Origin: Gammaproteobacteria bacterium
GTDB taxonomy: Bacteria > Pseudomonadota > Gammaproteobacteria > Steroidobacterales > GCA-2729495
DNA: 64,000 nt
Assembly (NCBI GenBank): GCA_023383705.1
Contig: JAHDYM010000005.1
Span: forward strand, 2,695-66,694
Reading direction: 5' to 3'
In this document: in pieces, positions 9,298-18,580 of the stretch
Position numbering within the stretch: position 1 is the first letter of the stretch
How the letters are laid out: each line of letters starts with the position of its first letter
The notes under the pieces: model-generated
What the model was told of the DNA's origin: nothing
What the model saw: only the letters and a program-made list of their open reading frames with translations
Databases searched by the model: none
Position numbers and translations under genes: made by a program

Positions 9298-10218
9298 TCA
9301 GTCCTTGCGGGTCCATGAGTGTTCCATGCCCTCGATCAGCGCCCAGATGGCGCGGTTCAGCGGTGTCGGCACGCCGGTCTGCTCGCCGAACTGCACGATG
9401 CCACCGTTGAGCGCCGCGATCTCGGTGCGCCGGTGGGCGAGTGCGTCCTGCAGCATGCTGGCTTTGTGCAGGTAGGCGACCTCGCGCGCATGGTCGATGA
9501 GTTTCTCGGGGTCGCTGTCCGGCGTGATGCCCAGCGCTTTCGCGACGGCCACACCCTCAGCAGCCAGGCCGGAGATCAGTGCGCGCACGCGCGGCTGGTC
9601 GCAGGCCACGCCGTGCGGCAGGCCGGTCAGTGCGCCGATCGGGTTGGTCGCGGCATTGAAGATCAGCTTGGTCCACTGCGCACCGCGCGCATCCTCCATG
9701 GCCAGCGTCTCCATGCCGGACTGCGTGAGTTTCTCCGCCAGCGCGGTGACTTCGGCCATGCTGGCCGGTTTCGGCTCGAAGGGGCCGATCCAGGTCTTGC
9801 CGCCGGTATCCTGCTGCACATGACCCGGTGCGACGATGCGGCCGGCCGGGAAAGTGGTGCCGCGCATCACGCGCGGCGCGTATTCGGCGATGATCTCCTC
9901 GTTGCCGACGCCGTTCTGCACCGAGCAGACCGCGCCATTGCGGAAGACTGCCGCGGTGGCCGCCATGGCCGGGCGGGTATGCAGCGACTTGGTGGCCACG
10001 ATGCCGAAATCGCAGGGCGGAATGGCGGCCGGATCGCTGCTCGCCTTCGGCCGCGAGTGCAGCGTGCTCTTGCCCGACAGCCGCAGGCCGCCGGCGTTGA
10101 TGGCGTCCACATGCGCCTGGTCGAGGTCGTAGGCCCATACCTCGACATCAGCCAGTGTGGCCAGGTGGGCTGCGAACAGGCTGCCGATGGCGCCGCAGCC
10201 GACGATACAGACTTTCAT
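9298..10218 (-). CDS. 2-dehydropantoate 2-reductase family oxidoreductase (PanE/ApbA)
   Basis: 306 aa. It has the N-terminal Rossmann motif MKVCIVGCGAIGSLFA and a C-terminal ApbA domain ending ...AHRRTEIAALNG. Confidence 0.8.
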   Translation of the reverse strand: MKVCIVGCGAIGSLFAAHLATLADVEVWAYDLDQAHVDAINAGGLRLSGKSTLHSRPKASSDPAAIPPCDFGIVATKSLHTRPAMAATAAVFRNGAVCSVQNGVGNEEIIAEYAPRVMRGTTFPAGRIVAPGHVQQDTGGKTWIGPFEPKPASMAEVTALAEKLTQSGMETLAMEDARGAQWTKLIFNAATNPIGALTGLPHGVACDQPRVRALISGLAAEGVAVAKALGITPDSDPEKLIDHAREVAYLHKASMLQDALAHRRTEIAALNGGIVQFGEQTGVPTPLNRAIWALIEGMEHSWTRKD

Positions 10219-11204
10219 GCCGGACTCCCGTGTGCAATTTGAGTGGCTGGCCGGCGTTGCCAGCTGGTTTCCCGTGCCTTGACCAGCCGGTACAGGGTTT
10301 CGTGGATCGGCGCCGGTATGCCGAGCCGCTGTGCTTCGCGCACCACGGCACCGGTCAGCCAGTCCACCTCTGTCGGCCGGTGGGCGCGCACGTCCTCGAG
10401 CATCGAGAAGACATGCGCGTATTCATCGTCGCCGGTCTGGCCGTGGCTGACGGCTTCGACATTCATGGCCCAGGGATCGCGGTACAGCTCGATGCCCAGT
10501 GCCGCGGCAACGCGCCGGCCCTCGGCCATCATGTCGTGGACCAGGTGGCCGAGATCGGTGAGGCCCTCGCGCCGCGCAAACGCCTGCACATGCGGCAGGT
10601 CGGTGAGTGCGCCGATGCTGTTCACGCAGGAGTTGAACAGCAGCTTTGACCACTGCGCCGGCAGCAGGTCGGGAAAGGCCTTGGCCTTGAGCCCCGAGCG
10701 CTCGATCAGTGCGGCGATCTGCTGTACATCCGCATAGCTGGCCTTGCCACCGGCCCAGGGACCCATCCAGGTAGCGGTGTCGAGTTCGTACTCCACTTCG
10801 ATATCCGAATGGCGGACACCGCTCATGAAAGTCACGGCCGAGACGATCGGCCAGTTGCCGTGGCGGGCCACGACGGCCTCGCAACCCAGCCCGTTCTGCA
10901 CGGTCATCACCGTGGCGGACGGGAAATGCCCGGCGATCAGCCTGGCGCTGTCCTCGACGGCGGTGGCCTTGGTGGCGATGATCAGCAGGTCGACATCGCC
11001 GAGCGCCGCCGCATCCGTTGCTGCGCTGATCCTTGCGTGCAGCGCCGACTTGCCGCGAACCTTCAGGCCGTGTGCGTTCAGCAGCGCCGCGTGTTCCTTG
11101 CGCCGCGTCAGCACTTTCATCTGCACGACGCTGCCGAGGTGCCCGGCAAACAGGCTGCCGATCGCGCCGGCGCCGACGACACAGACCGACTGGATTTCCT
11201 GCAT
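10215..11204 (-). CDS. 2-dehydropantoate 2-reductase family oxidoreductase, paralog
   Basis: Start trimmed to MQEIQSVCVVGAGAIGSLFAGHLG (CAT at 11202-11204). It contains AHRPTEVDWLTG. Its stop overlaps the next gene's start (ATGA type). Confidence 0.75.
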   Translation of the reverse strand: MQEIQSVCVVGAGAIGSLFAGHLGSVVQMKVLTRRKEHAALLNAHGLKVRGKSALHARISAATDAAALGDVDLLIIATKATAVEDSARLIAGHFPSATVMTVQNGLGCEAVVARHGNWPIVSAVTFMSGVRHSDIEVEYELDTATWMGPWAGGKASYADVQQIAALIERSGLKAKAFPDLLPAQWSKLLFNSCVNSIGALTDLPHVQAFARREGLTDLGHLVHDMMAEGRRVAAALGIELYRDPWAMNVEAVSHGQTGDDEYAHVFSMLEDVRAHRPTEVDWLTGAVVREAQRLGIPAPIHETLYRLVKARETSWQRRPATQIAHGSPA

Positions 11205-11478
11205 GTTCAACGTCCAGATGGGGCCGGAACGCAGCCAGAAACAGCACGGACTGGAAGGGCCACGACAGGGTGAATGTAGCCCAAGGTGTCCCGGCTGGCT
11301 CGGCGCTTCGAGCAGCGGGCTTGGCAGAAGCGGCGCCCCCGGACGCATTGCGGAAACGGGCTTCCGGGCTGCGGCTCGGGGATAGTCGCTCCGGGTGCCG
11401 GTGCTATGATCGGGCCATGCATGACGCTCGGCCGCCGGCCGGGCGGGCCCGCCGTCGGTTGATACACGAGGGTTAAAA

Positions 11479-14103
11479 ATGGCCGCCAATCCAGACGCAG
11501 TTCATAACTCGATCAAGCCCGGTCGCTGGGTGCGCTCGACCTGCAAGATGTGCCTGCACTCCTGCACCAACCTCATCCATGTCACCGATGACGGCGTGAT
11601 CAACAAGGTGGAGGGCGATCCCACCAATCCCTCCAACCGCGGCAAGCTCTGCCCGAAGGGCAACTCGGCGATCATGCGCCACTACGACCCCAACCGCTTC
11701 CGCCAGCCCATGAAGCGCAGCAATCCGGAGAAGGGTCAGAACATCGACCCGAAGTGGGTGCCGATCAGCTGGGACGAGGCCCTGACGCTGGTGGCCGACA
11801 AGCTCAAGGACTGCCTGCAGACCGATCCGCGACGCATCATCCCCTCGCTGGAAGATTTCCAGAAGATGAACATCTGGGTCTGGCCACTGGCTTTCGGCAA
11901 TTTCAACTTCTTCCAGTCCGGCGGCACCATGTGCGGCGGCGCCTACCATCCCATCAACGGCTACATCCATTCGGCGTTTGCCGCAGCCAACGACGCCAAG
12001 TACTGCAATTTCTGGCTGAACGACGGCACCGGCGACGGGTTCTCCTCGCATCTGCATGCGGCCGCCCAGTCGAGCTGGGTGGCCGAGGCACGCGTGAAGC
12101 GCGGCATGCGCTGCGTGACGGTCGAGCCGCGCTTCTCGATTTCCGCAGCCAAGTCCGAGGAATGGGTGCCGATCCGCCCGGCCACCGACCGGCAATTTGC
12201 CCTGAGCATGTGCCATGTGATGGTCAACGAGGGCTGGTGCGACTACAAGTCGCTGCGCAAGGACACCAACGCACCCTACCTGGTCGGCGAGGACGGCTAC
12301 TTTGTCCGCAACGCCGAAGGCAAGATCTACGTCTGGGATGCCGCCGACAACCGCGCGAAGCTCTGGGACGATCCGGGCATCGGCGAGTTCGCCCTGGAGG
12401 GTGCATACACGGTCGAGGGCAAGGCCTGCAAGCCGGCGTTCCAGCGCTTCAAGGACATCCTTGAAGACTGCTCGCCGGAGGCGATGGAAAAGGTCACGAC
12501 CATCCCGCCAGCCACCGTGCGGCGGCTGGCCAAGGAGATGTACGACGCGGCCGGCATCGCCACCGATGCCAAGATCGAGATCGATGGCCGCGTGATGCCG
12601 CTGCGGCCGGCGGCCTACAACTACTACCGCGGTGCGCAGGGCCACAAGCTCGGCTTCCAGACCAACCATGCCTTCAAGATGGTCAACTTCCTGCTCGGCT
12701 GCATCGATGTCCCGGGCGGACACATCGGCGTGACGCTCGACGACCAGTGGGTCGATCACAGCCACATCGAGCCGGGCGAGAACGGCATGATCAAGCCGCA
12801 TCCGCACCAGCTCGGCCCGGTGCCGCCGTTCTCCTATCCGCCGCAGACCTTCCATTTGATGGACTACTTCCCGGTCGGCGTGCACCCGCCGCACCTGAAC
12901 CTGGAGGTGTTCCTCAACCCGGAGAAGTTCGGCGTGGAGTTTCGTCCCGACACGATGATCATCTGCCACTCGAACCCGATCTGGGCCATGCAGGGTCCAC
13001 GCGAGAAGTGGTTCGAGTTCATGAAGAGCATGAAATTCATCGCGGTGTCGGACCTCATTCCCACCGAGACAACCCAGTGGGCCGACGTGATCCTGCCCTC
13101 GCACGACGTGTTCGAGTCCTGGAACATGACCATGATCGAGCCGCCGCACACCGAGGGCATGTGCATGCGGCAGCCGGCGGTGCCTCCGCTCTTCGACACG
13201 AAGAGCGAGGAGGAGATCTTCGCCGAGCTGGCCGAGCGCATCGGCGTGCTCGACAGCTACAACGAAGTGATGAACTTTGCGCTCGGCTTCGTGCAGAAGC
13301 CCGAACTCAAGCTGCAGCCTGGCATCAAGTACACCGACAAGGAGATCGCCCGGCGCAAGGGCCTGCTCTGGAACGACAAGGATCTCGACTGGTACATCGA
13401 GCATGGTCACGCTGTGACCGAACGGCGCCTCGACAAGTGGTACCGGCCGTGGGAGGGGATGCGCCTGCATTTCTACATCGAGGACATGATCAGCGTGCGC
13501 GACGACCTGAAGGCGAAGATGGAGGCGGCGAAGGTGCCGTTCCGGCATGAATGGGCCTGGGAGGATTACCAGCCGCTGCCGACACCCCGGCTGGACCCGG
13601 TGCACGAGGAACCCGCCGAGTACAACCTCTACGGCATGTTCTACAAGGACATCCAGCTCAACTTCGGCGAGAGCCTGAGCAACCCCTGGATCCAGGACAT
13701 CGTCTACCGCGATCCGGTGCATATCGCGCTCATGCTGAATCCGAAGACCGCGGAGAAGCTGGGCCTCAAGGCCCTCGATATCGTCAAGGTGAATTCACCC
13801 TACGGCATGATCTATGGCCGTATCGGCGTCTCCGAGGGCTGGCATCCGGACACGCTTGGCGTGTCCAACTCGCTGTCGCGGGCCAAGGGCAAGATCGGTG
13901 GCGTCAAGCATGCCGGCGGTCACTTCAACGACCTGCTGCCCTACGACCTCAGGAATACCGACGGTGTGACCGGCCAGCCGGAAACGGTGTGCAAGGTCAA
14001 AATCACCAAACTGCCGGACTGGCCCGAACACCTGAAGAACGGTGGTTCGGTCTATGACCTGGTGGACGAGATCGCGCGGCCGGGCAAGGGGAGGAAACAC
14101 TGA
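11479..14103 (+). CDS. molybdopterin (bis-MGD) oxidoreductase catalytic subunit, DMSO reductase family
   Basis: 874 aa. The N-terminal 4Fe-4S motif is CKMCLHSC...CPKG. Size and downstream FeS, NrfD and FdhD genes fit Psr/Ttr/Pad-type complexes. No twin-arginine motif is visible in the first 25 residues. Confidence 0.85.
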   Translation: MAANPDAVHNSIKPGRWVRSTCKMCLHSCTNLIHVTDDGVINKVEGDPTNPSNRGKLCPKGNSAIMRHYDPNRFRQPMKRSNPEKGQNIDPKWVPISWDEALTLVADKLKDCLQTDPRRIIPSLEDFQKMNIWVWPLAFGNFNFFQSGGTMCGGAYHPINGYIHSAFAAANDAKYCNFWLNDGTGDGFSSHLHAAAQSSWVAEARVKRGMRCVTVEPRFSISAAKSEEWVPIRPATDRQFALSMCHVMVNEGWCDYKSLRKDTNAPYLVGEDGYFVRNAEGKIYVWDAADNRAKLWDDPGIGEFALEGAYTVEGKACKPAFQRFKDILEDCSPEAMEKVTTIPPATVRRLAKEMYDAAGIATDAKIEIDGRVMPLRPAAYNYYRGAQGHKLGFQTNHAFKMVNFLLGCIDVPGGHIGVTLDDQWVDHSHIEPGENGMIKPHPHQLGPVPPFSYPPQTFHLMDYFPVGVHPPHLNLEVFLNPEKFGVEFRPDTMIICHSNPIWAMQGPREKWFEFMKSMKFIAVSDLIPTETTQWADVILPSHDVFESWNMTMIEPPHTEGMCMRQPAVPPLFDTKSEEEIFAELAERIGVLDSYNEVMNFALGFVQKPELKLQPGIKYTDKEIARRKGLLWNDKDLDWYIEHGHAVTERRLDKWYRPWEGMRLHFYIEDMISVRDDLKAKMEAAKVPFRHEWAWEDYQPLPTPRLDPVHEEPAEYNLYGMFYKDIQLNFGESLSNPWIQDIVYRDPVHIALMLNPKTAEKLGLKALDIVKVNSPYGMIYGRIGVSEGWHPDTLGVSNSLSRAKGKIGGVKHAGGHFNDLLPYDLRNTDGVTGQPETVCKVKITKLPDWPEHLKNGGSVYDLVDEIARPGKGRKH

Positions 14104-14717
14104 TGGCACGCTATGGCATGGTGTTCGACCTCAAGCGCTGCATCGGCTGCAACGCCTGCGTGATCGGCTGCAAGCAGGAAAACTCGCTGCCGGATGGCGT
14201 GTTTTTCACCCGTACCCTCAGCGAAGAATACGGCGTCTATCCGGCCGTCAACCGCGTCTACATCCCGACGCTCTGCAATCACTGCGAGGATGCGCCCTGC
14301 GAGAAGGTCTGCCCGAGCGGCGCCACCTATACGCGGCCGGACGGCATCGTCATGGTCGATCCGGAGAAGTGCATCGGCTGCGGTTCCTGCGCCGTTGCCT
14401 GTCCCTACGACCAGCGCAGCGAGATGAAGGCCGAGTCCTTCAAGGATGGCCTGTTCGGGACTGGCGAACTGACCGACTTCGAGAAACAGGGTTATCCGCG
14501 CTACACGCCGGGCATGGTCACAAAGTGCGATTTCTGCAGCGGGCGCGTGGATGCCGGCCTCGATCCGGCCTGCGTGGTCACCTGTCCGACCGATGCGCGG
14601 ATCTTCGGTGACCTCGACGACCCGAACAGCAAGCCGAGCAAGCTGATCCGCGAACGCGGTGGCAAGACTCCATTGCCCGAGAAAAATACCCGGCCCAAGG
14701 TGTATTACATCGATTGA
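14103..14717 (+). CDS. 4Fe-4S dicluster ferredoxin-type electron-transfer subunit (DmsB/PsrB-like)
   Basis: 204 aa with four Cys clusters (CIGCNACVIGC, CNHCEDAPCEKVCP, CIGCGSCAVACP, CDFC...CVVTCP). Confidence 0.9.
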   Translation: MARYGMVFDLKRCIGCNACVIGCKQENSLPDGVFFTRTLSEEYGVYPAVNRVYIPTLCNHCEDAPCEKVCPSGATYTRPDGIVMVDPEKCIGCGSCAVACPYDQRSEMKAESFKDGLFGTGELTDFEKQGYPRYTPGMVTKCDFCSGRVDAGLDPACVVTCPTDARIFGDLDDPNSKPSKLIRERGGKTPLPEKNTRPKVYYID

Positions 14718-14742
14718 GGACGGGAGCAGAGGGGGAATCAAC

Positions 14743-15600
14743 ATGGCTGTAAATGACCTGCCCATCGTCGGCGACAGTTTCAAGCTCGGCTTCCGCCTGC
14801 AGCGCTACTGGGACACCCCGATGGCGAGTGCATTCTTCTTTGGCGAGCTGGGGGCCGGACTGTTCTTCGTCTCGCTGCTGCTGGAATCGGCGCAAGGCAT
14901 GCTCGCCGGCCTGCTGATCACCGGCCTGCTCAAGACGTACTTCCATCTCTCGCACATGGGTGTGCCGCAGAGATCGTGGCGGGCGATCCTGCGCCCCGAC
15001 CGGTCATGGATCAGCCGGGGCCTGATGGGCATCGTCTGCTTCATCGGCTTCGGCGGTCTGCACCTGCTGAATTTCTGGGGCCTCATCCCCGGATTGGGCG
15101 GGCTGTTCAAGCTGCTGGCCGGTGCCGCCGCGCTGGTGGTGATGACCTACCAGGGCTTTGCCATGTCCCACTCCACGGCAATCTCGCTCTGGAACAGCGG
15201 GCTCATCCCGGTCTCGAGCCTCGCCTATTCCGCGACTGCCGGCGTGATGCTGCTGCTGGCGGCCGTGCCCGAATCGGCACGGTTCCTGGTGCCGGTCGCC
15301 CTGATCCTGCACCTGTGCGTTGCCGTGGTGTTGCTGAGCCTGCTGCATGGCGCGCGGCATGGCTCGCCGGGTGCGCGGAAGTCCGTCGAACTCCTGACCC
15401 GCACGCTCTACGCAAAGTGGTTCTTCGCACTGGTCTGCGGTGCCGGCGTGTTGTTGCCGGTCCTGCTGCTGTGGTTCGCGGGCAGTGTGCCGCTGGCCGC
15501 CATGATCGCGGCGACCGGCACGCTGGCCGGCTACTACACCTTCCGCCTGCTGATCTTCAAGGCTGGTGTATTCGAGCCGATCATGAGCTTCCGTCCCTGA
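14743..15600 (+). CDS. NrfD/PsrC/DmsC-like integral membrane anchor subunit
   Basis: Start set at ATG 14743, preceded by GGAGCAGAGGGGG. The protein is very hydrophobic with about 8 predicted helices. Its position after the FeS subunit fits this role. Confidence 0.7.
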   Translation: MAVNDLPIVGDSFKLGFRLQRYWDTPMASAFFFGELGAGLFFVSLLLESAQGMLAGLLITGLLKTYFHLSHMGVPQRSWRAILRPDRSWISRGLMGIVCFIGFGGLHLLNFWGLIPGLGGLFKLLAGAAALVVMTYQGFAMSHSTAISLWNSGLIPVSSLAYSATAGVMLLLAAVPESARFLVPVALILHLCVAVVLLSLLHGARHGSPGARKSVELLTRTLYAKWFFALVCGAGVLLPVLLLWFAGSVPLAAMIAATGTLAGYYTFRLLIFKAGVFEPIMSFRP

Positions 15601-15619
15601 TCCAGCGCCCGGAATTCCC

Positions 15620-16537
15620 GTGACAGGCAAGCCCGCTCCGTCCGTCCAGCACGGTGTGCGGCGCCTGTCTGCCTGGTTCCTGCCTGGTGCCGGCCAGCCG
15701 CCGGTGCGCGAGGACTGCCAGGTCGTCGAGGAAGCCATGCTCACCATCGATGTCGAGGGCGTGGGCTGGTACACGCTGATGTGGACGCCAACCGCATCGC
15801 TGCACGAGGTACTCGGCTTCAGTCAGGACCAGGGCGTGCTGGCGGCGACCGATGATCCCGAAGTCCTGTCCCTGACCGCCGGCTTCCTGTTCACCGAGGG
15901 ACTGATCCGCAGCCTCCGCGATGTGCGCCGGATGGAAGTCTGCAGCAATGATTCCGGCATCGTGCGCGTGCAGCTGCTGGAGCCGGACAAGCTCGATCCA
16001 CGGCGTCGCAACGTCACCCTGGGCAGTTCCTGCGGTGTATGCGGTGGTCGCGAAGCGGTCGACAAGCTGGTCGCCGGGCTCGTGGCCGTGCCGGATACGG
16101 CCCGTTTGCGCAGCGCGCAGTTCGACGAGCTCATGTCGGCGATGCGCAAACTGCAGACGGTCTTCACGCAGACCGGCGGCGCGCATGCGGCAGCGGTCTT
16201 CGACCGAAATGCGCGGATCATTGCCGTTGCCGAGGATCTCGGCCGCCACAATGCGCTCGACAAGGTGATCGGCATGTGCCTGCTCAAGGGCGCCGATCTC
16301 GCCGGCTGCGGGGTGCTGCTGTCCAGCCGCCTCAGCCTCGAGATGATCACCAAGGCCATCCGCGCCGGCTTCGAGATCATCGCCGCGGTTTCCGCACCGA
16401 CCTCGCTGGCCATAGAAATCGCCGAACGCTTTGGCGTGACCCTGGGTGGTTTCGTGCGTGGCGGGCGGGTGACGATCTACTCGCAACCCCAGCGCATCGT
16501 GGAACTGGGTGGGGAGAGACTGCCCTCCGCCGGCTAG
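15620..16537 (+). CDS. fdhD: formate dehydrogenase accessory sulfurtransferase FdhD
   Basis: 305 aa with GTG start. GGAHAAAVFD...LGRHNALDKVIG...SSRLSLEMITKA matches FdhD. Confidence 0.85.
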   Translation: MTGKPAPSVQHGVRRLSAWFLPGAGQPPVREDCQVVEEAMLTIDVEGVGWYTLMWTPTASLHEVLGFSQDQGVLAATDDPEVLSLTAGFLFTEGLIRSLRDVRRMEVCSNDSGIVRVQLLEPDKLDPRRRNVTLGSSCGVCGGREAVDKLVAGLVAVPDTARLRSAQFDELMSAMRKLQTVFTQTGGAHAAAVFDRNARIIAVAEDLGRHNALDKVIGMCLLKGADLAGCGVLLSSRLSLEMITKAIRAGFEIIAAVSAPTSLAIEIAERFGVTLGGFVRGGRVTIYSQPQRIVELGGERLPSAG

Positions 16538-16543
16538 CGTCCG

Positions 16544-17185
16544 TCAGCGCCAGGCGACACCGGAGATCACCGGCCTGATCACCGGCGGCATCTTCCGTGA
16601 GCTGAAGCACTCGATTTCCACGCGTGCAAAGCCGACGGAATCCAGCAGCGCGGCGGTCTCGCGGTTGGTGTGGCAGCCCTCGAACAGCCAGCGCCAGGGC
16701 CGCATCAGCAGGTCCTGCACGCGGCGCAGGCCGGTGCGCGGTGCCGCCGCGACGTGCTCGAGGAAGTAGAGCTTGCCACCCGGTTTCAGTACCCGCCGCA
16801 GCTCGTGCAGGATCTGGCCGGGATCCGTCACGGTACACAACACCAGCGTACAGACCGCCGCATCGACCGACTGGTCAGGCAGGTCGAGCTGGCTGGCGCT
16901 GACCGGGCGGAGTTCGCATTGCACGGCGTGCCTGCGGGCTGCTTCCTGCAGGCGGGCATGCATCCAGCGGTTGGGCTCGTAGACCACCAGTTGCACGCCC
17001 GGCGGGTAGTAGCGGAAGTTCACGCCATTGCCGGCGCCAATCTCCACCACCGTGCCGTTCATGCTGCCCAGATGCTGCTGCTTGCGCGCACCCATCTCTT
17101 CGTGGAAATCGTCCTCGTACTTCGCCAGCAGCCAGGAATTGAACCGGCCGCGTACGGGGTTGTCGTGTACATGCTGGTCGCCCAT
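16544..17185 (-). CDS. class I SAM-dependent methyltransferase
   Basis: 213 aa. Motif I is VVEIGAGNGVN, followed by the post-I and motif II/III layout (LKPGGKLYFLEH). Confidence 0.8.
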   Translation of the reverse strand: MGDQHVHDNPVRGRFNSWLLAKYEDDFHEEMGARKQQHLGSMNGTVVEIGAGNGVNFRYYPPGVQLVVYEPNRWMHARLQEAARRHAVQCELRPVSASQLDLPDQSVDAAVCTLVLCTVTDPGQILHELRRVLKPGGKLYFLEHVAAAPRTGLRRVQDLLMRPWRWLFEGCHTNRETAALLDSVGFARVEIECFSSRKMPPVIRPVISGVAWR

Positions 17186-17205
17186 GTCCGCTGCTCCAAA
17201 GAAAA

Positions 17206-17235
17206 GGGGCCCTTGACCGGATGATCACGGGCCCC
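17206..17235 (-). terminator. putative Rho-independent terminator after the DUF1302/DUF1329 genes
   Basis: On the minus strand the sequence reads GGGGCCC, a 16-nt loop, GGGCCCC, then TTTTCTTTGG. It lies 15 nt downstream of the DUF1329 stop. Confidence 0.45.
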
Positions 17236-17249
17236 GTGGTCGAGGTGCC

Positions 17250-18563
17250 TTAACGTCCCGTCGCGCGCATCTTCTGCACGGTGAAGATGCTGGGCGGGTT
17301 CTCCTGCGGGTTGACGTACGACTTGAACTGCAGGGTGGTGCAGTGCATGGCCTGCTCGTCGAAGAACAGCGCGCAGTCGTCGATCGCCACGCCTACGCCC
17401 TTGTTCTTGGCCAGGTGATGGTCGGCGTGCGACTTGCAGATCGGGAAGTACTTCCAGGGCTGGCCCTTGCGGTCGTACTGGGTGACGATCGGCAGGGTGG
17501 CGCTCTCGGAATCCATGTAGATAACCCGCCGGCTGAGCGGATGGTTGGGATCCTTCGGCTTGCCCTCGATGATGTAGGACTTGCGCAGCTGCCAGGTCAC
17601 CTGCGGGAAGCAGTTGCCCTGGCCGCCGAACTTCACGAAACGGAAGCCGTCGGCATCGCCCTTGGGTTCGACGTCCAGCTCGGGCAACTCGTTGTGCTTT
17701 TCGTAGGGCATCAGCACATTCTGGGTGCCCTTGTAGGTCCAGGTGTAGTCGGAGAGACGGCCGTTGTAACCCTCGAAGTCCTCGATCATCGCATCGGTGC
17801 CGAGGAAGGCATCGGTGATCTGGCCGACTGCCAGGCGCCGCACGCGGCGCTGGAAGCCCAGGTACAGCCAGCCGTCATCGCGCTGCAGGTCATTCTCGTA
17901 GCGCCAGATCAGCAGCTGCGTGTTGGCCAGGTCGAAGGGCTCGAGCACGGTGGCGGAAATCGAGCGGAAGATCTGGCCGGGGTTCGGGGTGATGTCCGGC
18001 TTCGGGTCGAAGATCGTGCGGTGCTTCCAGTTCAGGAAGTGCCAGTCGAAACGGATCTGCCGCTCGCTCTGCCCGGTCTTCGTGTTGCGGAAGGTCCACC
18101 AGAAGGGATTGATGGTCTCGCTGTCACCGGCATTGATGGAGCGCTGGAAGTTCCACATCAGCTTCAGGCCCGCCTGCGGATCCTTGGCGTCCGGTTCCTG
18201 CGGGAAGGGGCGTCCGGCATCGAAGTCCACGAGCATCCCTTCGGGCGACAGCTTGACCTTGCCGGCGCTCTTGCGGGTGGCCTCGATGTAGTTCGGATGC
18301 TGCGGCAGGGAGAAAGTCGGCGTGGTCGGGATCTCGAACCAGCCCTTCTTCACGTAGCGGAAGGTGAACGGGTCGAGAATGCCTTCCAGTGCATCGACGT
18401 TCTTGGCAGTGATGCGCATGCCGGGTTGATAGCCCGGTGCCGTCGGTGTGGATTTCTCATAAGGCGCAAACGCGTTCTTGATGACCGCATCGGACACCTC
18501 TGCATGTGCTGCGATGCCGGTCAGTCCGGCTACGGCAGCACCAAGTATTACAAGCCTTTTCAT
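17250..18563 (-). CDS. DUF1329-family periplasmic/outer-membrane-associated protein (LolA-like fold family)
   Basis: 437 aa. It has the signal peptide MKRLVILGAAVAGLTGIAAHA. Its size and pairing with DUF1302 are characteristic of this family. Confidence 0.7.
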   Translation of the reverse strand: MKRLVILGAAVAGLTGIAAHAEVSDAVIKNAFAPYEKSTPTAPGYQPGMRITAKNVDALEGILDPFTFRYVKKGWFEIPTTPTFSLPQHPNYIEATRKSAGKVKLSPEGMLVDFDAGRPFPQEPDAKDPQAGLKLMWNFQRSINAGDSETINPFWWTFRNTKTGQSERQIRFDWHFLNWKHRTIFDPKPDITPNPGQIFRSISATVLEPFDLANTQLLIWRYENDLQRDDGWLYLGFQRRVRRLAVGQITDAFLGTDAMIEDFEGYNGRLSDYTWTYKGTQNVLMPYEKHNELPELDVEPKGDADGFRFVKFGGQGNCFPQVTWQLRKSYIIEGKPKDPNHPLSRRVIYMDSESATLPIVTQYDRKGQPWKYFPICKSHADHHLAKNKGVGVAIDDCALFFDEQAMHCTTLQFKSYVNPQENPPSIFTVQKMRATGR

Positions 18564-18580
18564 GGTCGGGAACCTCGCGA

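Noticed and set aside
11322-11336. Possible sigma54 promoter (TGGCAG-N4-GGCGC) in the divergent region upstream of the Mo enzyme
   Set aside because: Only the -24 GG element fits; the -12 element is GGCGC rather than TTGCA/T. No enhancer-binding-protein gene is nearby. Such a match is easily produced by chance in G+C-rich DNA.
11473-13722. 749-aa ORF on the minus strand, antisense to the molybdopterin oxidoreductase gene
   Set aside because: The translation is Arg/Ala/His/Val/Leu-rich low-complexity sequence with no recognisable motif. The opposite strand encodes a clearly conserved enzyme. Long antisense ORFs are expected in DNA this G+C-rich because stop codons are rare.
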